Source: an uncultured delta proteobacterium (GTDB lineage: Bacteria > Desulfobacterota > Syntrophia > Syntrophales > UBA8958). From it: a stretch of 64,000 nucleotides of DNA. The notes beneath the pieces are model-generated. The model ran no database searches. It was given only the letters and a program-made list of their open reading frames with translations, and had not been told where the DNA came from. The translations under genes were made by a program, and so were the position numbers. Shown here piece by piece: positions 26,642 through 34,893 of the stretch (position 1 is its first letter; every line of letters starts with the position of its first letter). The stretch is from assembly GCA_903885795.1 (NCBI GenBank), contig CAISJV010000052.1:4592-68591 (forward strand), in the 5' to 3' direction.

Positions 26642-27028
26642 ATGTTCCAGATTGCATCATATGAAACGTACGAGGATGGCCATGTAATTATCGAAGAGGG
26701 AGGTTATGGGGACTGGATCTATCAGATCGATGAAGGGGCCATCGAGATTTCCAAAATTATTGATGGTAAAAAGGTGGTCATTGATGTCCTGCACGAAGGG
26801 GAGATCCTGGGCGAGCTGGCCTATATCACCAAAATGCCCCGGACTGCCACCGCTACAGCTGTTGGCCGGACGGTGATCGGGATCATCGACCGCAATTTCT
26901 TCGATCACGAGTTCAATAAGCTTCCTGCCGATTTCCAGCAGATTTTCAAGGCCGTCGCCTTGCGCCTCAAACGAACGACTGAGGTAATTGCCAACGCAAA
27001 AGTGGGCGGAAATCAGGACGATCATTGA
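26642..27028 (+). CDS. Stand-alone cyclic-nucleotide-binding domain protein (128 aa)
   Basis: ...IIEEGGYGDWIYQIDEGAIEISK...GEILGELAYI...PRTATATAV is the cNMP-binding beta-barrel signature. No DNA-binding domain is present. Confidence 0.75.
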   Translation: MFQIASYETYEDGHVIIEEGGYGDWIYQIDEGAIEISKIIDGKKVVIDVLHEGEILGELAYITKMPRTATATAVGRTVIGIIDRNFFDHEFNKLPADFQQIFKAVALRLKRTTEVIANAKVGGNQDDH

Positions 27029-27057
27029 TCCGTGGCGTTAAATTTTTAGCTTAACAT

Positions 27058-27861
27058 ATGGCATACGTGCGAAGTATAGGAGGGATTGTGAGCAAGGAAG
27101 ACATCAGAAATTACGCCATGAATTTAGGGGCTGATGCGGTCGGCTTCGCTGCGATTGAGGATTATCAATCGAAAAAATCGCCGGACCCCAAGATGATCCT
27201 ACCAACGGTAAAATCCCTGGTAGTGATAGCATACCGGGAACTTGACGGTTCCGTGGAGAGCGCAAACAGCCGGACCTGCATGTCCGGGCGGATGGCCATT
27301 ATGGAGCTTTCCCAGAAAAACATTTATCTTACGGGCCGCTACGTGGAGGACAAGTACCATGTCAAAACGGCGCCGGTCCTCCTCTCCTATCCCCTCGACA
27401 TGGGACCGGGGGTCATGGGACTGATCGGGGACTTATCGCTCCGTCATGCCGCCGTCGCCGCCGGCCTGGGAGTCTTCGGCCGGAACAACCTCGTCCTCCA
27501 TCCCCGCTTCGGGAGCCGGATTCTCTTCACGGCCCTGCTGACGGAACTGGACCTTCCCTCCGATCCCCCAGTGACCGAAGAAATCTGCAACGACTGCGGT
27601 CTCTGTGTCGATAACTGCCCTGCCAAGGCCCTGGAGGTGGAAGGTCAAACGGATGCCATGAAGTGTCTGCGCAACTCCCAGCCCTGGGGCATCGGGGGAG
27701 CCATCGGCTTTATTCTTAAATTTACAAAGGCCCCGCCGGAAAAGCAAAAGGAAATGCTCATGGACCCCCAGTTCCTGAAACTTTACCAAGCCTCGTTTAT
27801 CGGCTTCCAGTACGACTGTTTCAATTGCATGGCCAGTTGCCCCGCCGGGAGTCGGCTGTGA
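27058..27861 (+). CDS. 4Fe-4S dicluster protein, epoxyqueuosine reductase (QueG)/reductive-dehalogenase-like fold
   Basis: ...GADAVGFA..., CNDCGLCVDNCP and ...CFNCMASCP ferredoxin motifs. The functional assignment is tentative. Confidence 0.6.
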   Translation: MAYVRSIGGIVSKEDIRNYAMNLGADAVGFAAIEDYQSKKSPDPKMILPTVKSLVVIAYRELDGSVESANSRTCMSGRMAIMELSQKNIYLTGRYVEDKYHVKTAPVLLSYPLDMGPGVMGLIGDLSLRHAAVAAGLGVFGRNNLVLHPRFGSRILFTALLTELDLPSDPPVTEEICNDCGLCVDNCPAKALEVEGQTDAMKCLRNSQPWGIGGAIGFILKFTKAPPEKQKEMLMDPQFLKLYQASFIGFQYDCFNCMASCPAGSRL

Positions 27862-27874
27862 GCACAGGGAATAA

Positions 27875-28927
27875 TCAGGCGATGGTCACCTCCGGACAGA
27901 GATAGACGTCCTGAATGGCCCGAAGGATTGCGGCGCCTTCTTTCATGGGGCGCTGGAAGGCCTTGCGGCCGGAGATGAGGCCCATGCCTCCGGCCCGCTT
28001 GTTGATGACCGCCGTCCGCACCGCTTCGGCAAGGTCGTTTTCCCCTTCCGAGGCCCCACCAGAATTGATCAGCCCCGCCCGGCCCAGATAACAGTTGATA
28101 ACCTGGTAGCGGGTCAGATCGATGGGATGGGCTGTCGCCAGCTCGGAATAGACCCGTGGATCGGTTTTCCCGAATTTGACCGCCGGATAGCCGCCATTGC
28201 AATCCGGTTGTTTCTGTTTGACGATGTCGGCCTGGATCGTGGCCGCCAGGTGATTGGCCTGTCCGGTCAGGTCCGCCGCGGTGTGGTAATCCTTCCCGTC
28301 CTTGATGAAGGCGGGATTGCGGAGGTAGGCCCAGAGAACTGTGGCCATACCTAATTCGTGTGCCAGGGAAAAGGCCGAGGAGATCTCCCGAAGCTGCCGG
28401 CTGCTCTCCTCGGAGCCAAAATAGATGGTCGCCCCGATGGCAGCGGCCCCCATGTCGAAACACTGCTTCACGTTGGCAAAGAGAAATTCATCGTACTTGG
28501 GAGGATAGACAAGGAGATCGTTGTGGTTGATCTTCACGATAAAGGGAATCCGGTGGGCGTACTTTCTCGACACCGCCCCCAGGACGCCGAGGGTCGAGGC
28601 GACGGCGCTGCATCCTCCCTCGATGGCGAGCTTCACGATATTTTCCGGATCGAAGTAGATGGGATTCGGGGCAAAAGAAGCGGCGGCGCTGTGCTCAATC
28701 CCCTGATCCACAGGGAGGATGGACAGGTAGCCCGTGCCGGCGAGGCGGCCGTGATCGAAAAGAAGCTGCATGTTCCGCAGCACATTGACCGGCCTGTCCG
28801 TGGGAATAAAGATCCTCTCGATGAAGTCCGGACCAGGAAGATGCAGATTTTCCTTGGGGAAAATACACTGATGATTGAGCAGCCCTTCGGCGTCTTTACC
28901 CAACAAATTCAAGATTTTTGCGTACAT
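27875..28927 (-). CDS. fbaB: Class I fructose-bisphosphate aldolase (FbaB/DhnA type)
   Basis: Collinear with my recollection of E. coli FbaB over the full 350 aa (...[21 protein letters not shown]..., ...[20 protein letters not shown]..., ...LINSGGA..., ...[18 protein letters not shown]). Confidence 0.95.
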   Translation of the reverse strand: MYAKILNLLGKDAEGLLNHQCIFPKENLHLPGPDFIERIFIPTDRPVNVLRNMQLLFDHGRLAGTGYLSILPVDQGIEHSAAASFAPNPIYFDPENIVKLAIEGGCSAVASTLGVLGAVSRKYAHRIPFIVKINHNDLLVYPPKYDEFLFANVKQCFDMGAAAIGATIYFGSEESSRQLREISSAFSLAHELGMATVLWAYLRNPAFIKDGKDYHTAADLTGQANHLAATIQADIVKQKQPDCNGGYPAVKFGKTDPRVYSELATAHPIDLTRYQVINCYLGRAGLINSGGASEGENDLAEAVRTAVINKRAGGMGLISGRKAFQRPMKEGAAILRAIQDVYLCPEVTIA

Positions 28928-28972
28928 GTTCTATCTCCTTTCGATAACGAATTAAATCTGCCTTGGGATCGC

Positions 28973-29290
28973 TCATATCAAAACGTCCTCTAAGGTTACG
29001 TTTTGGTAAAAGGGAGATACCTGCATCAATGGATGTTGCCATTCGTCTTCCGTCTGAATAATAACACTGATGATTTCTCCTGATTGCAGTGACAGTTCGT
29101 AGAGCTCATCATACAGAGGTAATTTATCCCGTTCGGAAATTTTTTCGTTCAAGACAATCATGATATCCCAATCAGAATCAGATTTATCGTCTCCACGTGA
29201 TCGCGAACCATAAAGATACAATCTGGCCTTGGGGTACCTTGTATGGACTGATGTCTTTATCGCGTTTAGTAACGCAGATTTATTCATCAT
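28973..29290 (-). CDS. Nucleotidyltransferase-domain protein (MNT-type, minimal Pol-beta fold)
   Basis: ...LYLYGSRSRGDDKSDSDWDIMIVL... is the GS-X9-DxD NTase motif. No adjacent HEPN partner is present. Confidence 0.75.
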   Translation of the reverse strand: MMNKSALLNAIKTSVHTRYPKARLYLYGSRSRGDDKSDSDWDIMIVLNEKISERDKLPLYDELYELSLQSGEIISVIIQTEDEWQHPLMQVSPFYQNVTLEDVLI

Positions 29291-29413
29291 GAGACCTTTA
29301 AAATTGCCATATAATACGAATAGTTAAACATAAAAATAATTCTCGCTCCCGAGAGCGTAGCTCAAATCTAACCACCCTGTCGCGCCCATGTTAGGTAGAT
29401 AAACGGGGGATGT

Positions 29414-29447
29414 CAAGCAGGAATATGTGCCACTTGCTTGTTTTTCT
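29414..29447 (+). terminator. Terminator-like hairpin in the dapF upstream region
   Basis: CAAGCAG-12 nt loop-CTTGCTTG followed by TTTTTCT, 125 nt upstream of dapF. No plus-strand gene lies upstream of it. Confidence 0.3.
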
Positions 29448-29572
29448 GATGGTTATCGTTAAGGCGAGATGGGGATGAAAAAGGCAGGCAGCGTCAGGGT
29501 ATTTTTTTGCTTCACCTTTTTGACAAGATCGTTTAAGGAGGAAGATATTAATTCAAGAGGGACAAAAAAAGC

Positions 29573-30406
29573 ATGATTGAATTCTACAAGATGAGCGGCA
29601 GCGGCAATGATTTCATCCTCATTGACAACCGGCAGCGCCAGGTGGAGGCGGCCATCGGCGTCATGTCCGTTGTGGACTTCGTGCAGGCGGTCTGCACACC
29701 CAAGATCTCCGTCGGGGCCGACGGGCTGATCCTGATCCAGGAGTCGGCAAAGGCCGATTTCGGTTGGCGTTTTTTCAACGCCGACGGCTCGGAAGTGGAG
29801 ATGTGCGGCAACGGCGGCCGTTGCGCCGCCCGCTTTGCCTTTCTCAATGGCATTGCCGGGGAGAAGTTGTCTTTCGAAACAGTCGCCGGGATCATTGACG
29901 CCGAAGTGAAGGGAGATACGGTAAAGCTCAGGCTGACAGACCCTTTCGACTTGCGAACCGACGAGACAATCGCTATCGACGGCCGGGATTATGCCGTCAA
30001 CAGCATCAACACCGGCGTTCCCCACGTTGTCTTTTATGTGGAGGACCTGGATGCTTTTGATGTGTTTTACATCGGCAGGAACATCCGCCACCACGATAAT
30101 TACCAGCCCCGGGGGACCAATGCGAACTTTGTCAAATCCCTGGACCGTCGCAATATGATAGTGCGGACCTACGAGCGGGGAGTGGAAGACGAGACCCTGG
30201 CCTGCGGCACCGGTTCCGTAGCATCGGTCCTCATTTCTGCGGCGAAGGGGCTGGTGGACTCCCCTGTTGCTGTCCAGGTAAAAAGCGGTGAGAAATTAAA
30301 TATATATTTTGAAAAAACATCCGCGGGGTTTGAAAAAATTTACCTTGAAGGTAAAGCGAAAGTTGTCAATGAAGGGCGTCTTTGGGACGAAGCCTACAAC
30401 AAATAA
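29573..30406 (+). CDS. dapF: Diaminopimelate epimerase
   Basis: ...FYKMSGSGNDFILID..., ...NADGSEVEMCGNGGRC..., ...ETLACGTGS... include both catalytic Cys motifs. Confidence 0.95.
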   Translation: MIEFYKMSGSGNDFILIDNRQRQVEAAIGVMSVVDFVQAVCTPKISVGADGLILIQESAKADFGWRFFNADGSEVEMCGNGGRCAARFAFLNGIAGEKLSFETVAGIIDAEVKGDTVKLRLTDPFDLRTDETIAIDGRDYAVNSINTGVPHVVFYVEDLDAFDVFYIGRNIRHHDNYQPRGTNANFVKSLDRRNMIVRTYERGVEDETLACGTGSVASVLISAAKGLVDSPVAVQVKSGEKLNIYFEKTSAGFEKIYLEGKAKVVNEGRLWDEAYNK

Positions 30407-30419
30407 AAGGAGTGAGACT

Positions 30420-31589
30420 GTGCAAATTGCCGACCGTTTGACGAAAATTCCCCCCTATCTGTTTATGGAGTTGAGAAAGAAGATCGCCAAGGCCAGGGCC
30501 GAAGGCGTCGATGTAATTAGTCTGGCCATCGGCGATCCCGTTGAAGCGACACCAAAAACGATAATTGATGAGCTGTGCCGAACGGCATACGATCCGGCCA
30601 ACCACCGCTACCCTACGGACGAGGAAAAAGGGATGCTCTCCTTTCGCCAGGAGGTGGCCCGGTGGTACCAGGACCGTTACGGCGTGACCCTGGACCCGGG
30701 AAGTGAGATCCTGGGGCTCATCGGTTCAAAAGAGGGCTGCCACCACTTTATTTTAGCCCGCATCAATCCCGGCGATATTGTCCTCATGACCGATCCCGGC
30801 TACCCGGCCTACCGGTCCAGTATCCTCATGGGGGGAGGGGAGCCGTACAATGTTCCCATCCTCGCTAAAAATGACTATCTTCCCGTTTTATCGGATATTC
30901 CGACAGACATCGCTAAAAATGCCCGGGGCATGTTTCTCAATTATCCCAACAATCCCACGGGGGCCTGCGCCACAAAGGAATTTCTCAATGATCTGGTCGC
31001 CTTCGCGAAGCAGTACGATATCGCCGTCTGTTATGACAATCCCTACAGCGAAATCCTCTTTACCGGCCAGGAGCGCATCAGCTTCCTCATGGCGCCGGGT
31101 GCCAAGGACGTCGGCGTTGAGCTGAATTCCCTGTCCAAACCCTTCAACATGTGCGGCTGGCGGCTGGGGATGGCCTGCGGCAACACCGATCTGATTGCCG
31201 CCATCAGCAAGGTGAAGGAAAACACCGATTCGGGCATCTTCAACCCCATCCAGTTTGCCGGTATCCATGCCCTGAAGGAAGAGAGTTCATCAATCGATCA
31301 CATGATCGAGGTGTATGGCAAGCGCCGGGAGCTGGTCCTGGCAACCCTCAAGAAGATTGGCATCTTTTTCACACCCCCGAAGGGAACCTTCTACCTCTGG
31401 GTCCCCGTGCCGGAAGGAATGACCTCGCTGGAATTCACGAATCGCCTGTTTGACAAAACGGCCATCGTCGTGGCAGCGGGAACGGCTTACGGTAAATACG
31501 GGGAGGGCTACGTACGAATTTCCCTCACCGTGCCCGACGACCGCCTGGCCGAAGCCATGACACGGATCGAAAAGGAATTCGCCCGCTAA
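30420..31589 (+). CDS. dapL: LL-diaminopimelate aminotransferase-type class I PLP aminotransferase
   Basis: GTG start with AAAGGAG upstream. ...IPPYLFMEL..., ...NYPNNPTGA..., ...SLSKPFNMCGWRLG... (PLP lysine). Adjacency to dapF supports the call. The ORF-track 5' extension overlaps dapF. Confidence 0.75.
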   Translation: MQIADRLTKIPPYLFMELRKKIAKARAEGVDVISLAIGDPVEATPKTIIDELCRTAYDPANHRYPTDEEKGMLSFRQEVARWYQDRYGVTLDPGSEILGLIGSKEGCHHFILARINPGDIVLMTDPGYPAYRSSILMGGGEPYNVPILAKNDYLPVLSDIPTDIAKNARGMFLNYPNNPTGACATKEFLNDLVAFAKQYDIAVCYDNPYSEILFTGQERISFLMAPGAKDVGVELNSLSKPFNMCGWRLGMACGNTDLIAAISKVKENTDSGIFNPIQFAGIHALKEESSSIDHMIEVYGKRRELVLATLKKIGIFFTPPKGTFYLWVPVPEGMTSLEFTNRLFDKTAIVVAAGTAYGKYGEGYVRISLTVPDDRLAEAMTRIEKEFAR

Positions 31590-31632
31590 CTGGCAGGCTG
31601 CTATGGAAGAAAATGTAAGTGTTTATGCAGCA

Positions 31633-31653
31633 TTTCCCGGATCAACCGGGAAA
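31633..31653. terminator. Hairpin between convergent dapL and radical SAM genes
   Basis: TTTCCCGG-atcaa-CCGGGAAA. There is no clear U-tract. Confidence 0.3.
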
Positions 31654-31692
31654 GTTCCCTCCTTGTGGGCGGTTTCATTTGGATTCTTCGAT

Positions 31693-33327
31693 TCATTTAC
31701 ACTTTTCCTTCGCTCTCACCCGTTCTTGGAAGCGCTTGAGCAGAAGATCTTCCTGTAATTGATCTTTCCCTTTGTATTCAAAGTAGAATTCATTTTCCAC
31801 CTCCTGAATCGTTTCGAGATAGTTCGACCGGGCAACTTCCCTTACCACCATTCTTTGGGCCAGTCTATTTTCAAATCTCTGAAACACTGGCATGAGTTTT
31901 CTGTGTTTTCCGAAAATCCTGACAGTATCAGTTAAAGAGGTGGCCGCCATATTAAATTCCATAATCTTCTTCTGGAGGGTGGATGGTTTCATGTATTTGG
32001 GGTAGAATATTACAAATTCACCATTACAGTAATCGATTACTGCCCGTCCAAAACGGGCAAATTCATCCCAGAGAAAATAGCGGTGTGCAGGCATAAACTG
32101 ATCCGGTGATTCGGGCATCTGACTTAATGGAGAAACTCTCCATTTTTCTATTCCAGTCTCGTTGATAAATCGATGAATTCTCTCGAACGTATCTAAATCG
32201 TCTGTGTCATATCCCACAATAAAGAGGCCAGTTATTGCAAACCCATGTTCATGAAATATATTCATGGCCTTTTTAATAGTATCGTAAGATATCTTCTTCT
32301 TGAAATCATTCAGAGTCTGGTCAGTCAGGGACTCGATCCCGACTGACAGACTGCATACGCCTGCTTCCCGCATAACCGCGAGCAGCTTGCGATCTTCGCA
32401 GATATCAGCCCGCACCAGAACGGTCGCCTTTATAGGTGTTGCGTTTTTGGCGAGAGCCTCGAAAAACACATGTGACTTTTTGTCAAAGGGAAGAGCCGCC
32501 GTCGGATCTTCGAACATTACCCTGCGAATGTTTGATCTCGCAACGTACTCTTGGAGATACGCCAAGGCACTTTCGATGCTGCGCCGTCGATAGTTATTGC
32601 CCTGCGAATGGCGGGATGTGGGGCAAAAAGAACAGTTGTAAGGGCATCCTCTCGTACCTTGGAACATAAGCATCGGAAGCATCTTTTTACTCATGATCCA
32701 GGCTAGAGGAAGGTGTCTAAAAATAAACCCCTGAACAGTCTCATCATAGCCGACAACCAAAGAAAGATCGGGTATATTATCAAAAAATTCACAGACTTGA
32801 TTTTTCTTGAGATAGTCATTGAAGATATCGTCGGTAGCATGCCCCTCCGATTCAAGGGCCTTTAACAGTTGGAGGAAGGCCCCTTCAGATTCGCCCCGCA
32901 GTGTGTAATCGAAAACCGGAGAAAGGTGTGAGTCGCCGCCGAATGAGATATGCTCTCCACCAAGCACCGTAACTATCTGGCGGCCAAGCTTTTCAGCTTC
33001 CCTCTTGACAGCTATTGCAATTTCCTCGGCCCTGGTAATTGCAGCACTCTTACAGGAAAAGCCGACCACATCGAACGCCTGGGCAAGATCTTGAGGTGAC
33101 ACACGAAGGCCTAGTTCTTCGTTGAATAGTCGGACAAAATATCCTGCCTGCCGGGTTACGGAAGCTACCTGCAAAGGCCCATACCGCTGCGTCCAGAGAG
33201 CACCGGCGAGGCAGAATAAGCGCTTGGCCGGAACAACAATGGCAATACGAAGATTTGGAAGAAAAACCTTATTCATTCCGAGCCAGTCCATTCCGGTGAA
33301 AAACTCACGTCTAATCTTCGCATACAC
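31693..33327 (-). CDS. B12-binding-domain radical SAM protein (class B)
   Basis: N-terminal Rossmann-like B12-binding region (...DVVGFSCKSA...VTVLGGEH...). Radical SAM motif GTRGCPYNCSFCPT. The start may be M18 (33276). Confidence 0.8.
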   Translation of the reverse strand: MYAKIRREFFTGMDWLGMNKVFLPNLRIAIVVPAKRLFCLAGALWTQRYGPLQVASVTRQAGYFVRLFNEELGLRVSPQDLAQAFDVVGFSCKSAAITRAEEIAIAVKREAEKLGRQIVTVLGGEHISFGGDSHLSPVFDYTLRGESEGAFLQLLKALESEGHATDDIFNDYLKKNQVCEFFDNIPDLSLVVGYDETVQGFIFRHLPLAWIMSKKMLPMLMFQGTRGCPYNCSFCPTSRHSQGNNYRRRSIESALAYLQEYVARSNIRRVMFEDPTAALPFDKKSHVFFEALAKNATPIKATVLVRADICEDRKLLAVMREAGVCSLSVGIESLTDQTLNDFKKKISYDTIKKAMNIFHEHGFAITGLFIVGYDTDDLDTFERIHRFINETGIEKWRVSPLSQMPESPDQFMPAHRYFLWDEFARFGRAVIDYCNGEFVIFYPKYMKPSTLQKKIMEFNMAATSLTDTVRIFGKHRKLMPVFQRFENRLAQRMVVREVARSNYLETIQEVENEFYFEYKGKDQLQEDLLLKRFQERVRAKEKCK

Positions 33328-33655
33328 TTTCCCGTCTGTTCCGCCTCCAGAACCATGAACCGCTTCTGATCCTCATTCCACTGGCGGCGATCTTTTCCCC
33401 GATTTTCTGCCTATGGGGATTCCATACATCAATCAACAAAGACCACCATACCTCGCCGTCAAAATCATCACGCCGCCGGAACAGAAGGTAGCAAACTGTT
33501 CCATGTCTCCTCGATTCCAACATGAATGTCCTTCTCTTAATGCCTTTTCCCCTCTCTCCTACCTGTCCGCCAAATCGGGCGTGAACCGTATTGGATATCC
33601 CAATTGGTTTGTGCAGTCGGTACCGGATGCACAACTTCCGGTCCGCAGTTCACGA

Positions 33656-34630
33656 TTAGTAATGGCGTTCACATAGCACCCGCAGCCATTGCAGACATTT
33701 AGGCTTCCCTATTTTAATCAAAGGCTTCTTTGGGTCCGCGAAACACCCGGTGAATGGAAATACCTTTAGAGAATAAATTAGGTTTGACATAGATAAACGA
33801 TCATATTGAACCTGTACACTAAGATAGCGGGCGTATTTATTATAAATGTCGACCTCCTTAACTAGCATATGGGGCGGTAAAGCGGACAGATCGGTTTTGG
33901 GGCTCTCCTCGCAGTTCAGGTTTTGACTATGCAGCCGGATGACATAATGTTTATCTTCTGTCTCAAGGATCGCTTTCCAGCGCCACAAACCCGCCGGCAC
34001 AAAGGATGCCCCTTTCGTTTCTTCCAGCAGATTCATGAACTTGTCTTTTATTCTTTTTTTAAAATCTATTCTGCTCAGAACCATCAGCAGAATATGAACC
34101 GTAAGGACTAGGTACGTTATCAAGGCGACATGGAATCTTTCCGGCCCGAACCGCTCGGGAAATAAAAGTTTCAGAAACATGACAATAATCCCGAGTATCA
34201 ATATGAAGGAAAAAGCGAAATCAAATTCGAAAAGAATATCGGTAGCCACCCGGTCTTTTTTAGGCCACCATAGGGAAGTACCAAAGGGATTTAAAATATC
34301 TACCAGGAGATGAACTATTGTACCCAATAAACACCAGAACCAAAGTGTTAAAACAGAATCAGCCGGTTGCAGCCCGACAAGAAACTTGAAAAGGAAAGAC
34401 CCTCCGTAGATGATTAAGGATAGTAGAAAAGAAAATGCAGGGGCCAGCAATAGCGAGTGTGTATAGGTCCGGTGCTTATCCAGATATCCAATGGTCCCGG
34501 GGCCACCGTGAACCAGATCGATATCCGGCAGCAAACTGCCACCGACGGCAGCCGCCAGGATATACCCGTCAAACGGTTGAAAGCTTAACCCGATGATGCT
34601 TCCCATCAGGATATGATCGAATATGATCAT
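33656..34630 (-). CDS. Membrane-bound metal-dependent hydrolase (YdjM/DUF457-like) with extra C-terminal soluble domain
   Basis: MIIFDHILMG..., ...LLPDIDL..., ...HRTYTHSLL... and 5-6 TM segments. A ~130-aa C-terminal region has no motif I recognise. Confidence 0.65.
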   Translation of the reverse strand: MIIFDHILMGSIIGLSFQPFDGYILAAAVGGSLLPDIDLVHGGPGTIGYLDKHRTYTHSLLLAPAFSFLLSLIIYGGSFLFKFLVGLQPADSVLTLWFWCLLGTIVHLLVDILNPFGTSLWWPKKDRVATDILFEFDFAFSFILILGIIVMFLKLLFPERFGPERFHVALITYLVLTVHILLMVLSRIDFKKRIKDKFMNLLEETKGASFVPAGLWRWKAILETEDKHYVIRLHSQNLNCEESPKTDLSALPPHMLVKEVDIYNKYARYLSVQVQYDRLSMSNLIYSLKVFPFTGCFADPKKPLIKIGKPKCLQWLRVLCERHY

Positions 34631-34893
34631 TCTAGTATACCCCTACCATTAATTTTTCTGGCTTTATTTAAGCTCGTTTACGGTTCGCTCAAATTCACCG
34701 ATGTCCTCCTCAAAACCCATTTCTTCAAAAAAAGATCTTGCCATGGTTAAAAAAACTCATTGGCTTTTTACAATCACGCTCCGTTAACGGCTTTTGGGCT
34801 CGGAGAGCCTTTTTCATGGTGGAAGCATATGAAGTCGCTTTAGTTGCCCTACTATTCCCATGAAGGGGGAAAGCAAATCTGAAGACATTCATC

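Noticed and set aside
29330-29520. Lysine (L-box) riboswitch upstream of dapF-dapL
   Set aside because: I could not find the conserved L-box core elements by eye. Only a generic terminator-like hairpin is present.
33311-33676. 107-aa (minus) and 87-aa (plus) ORFs in the gap between the radical SAM and hydrolase genes
   Set aside because: They overlap each other and the flanking genes, lack an SD, and are Arg/Trp-rich or low-complexity with no motif I recognise. I treat the region as non-coding or possibly decayed.
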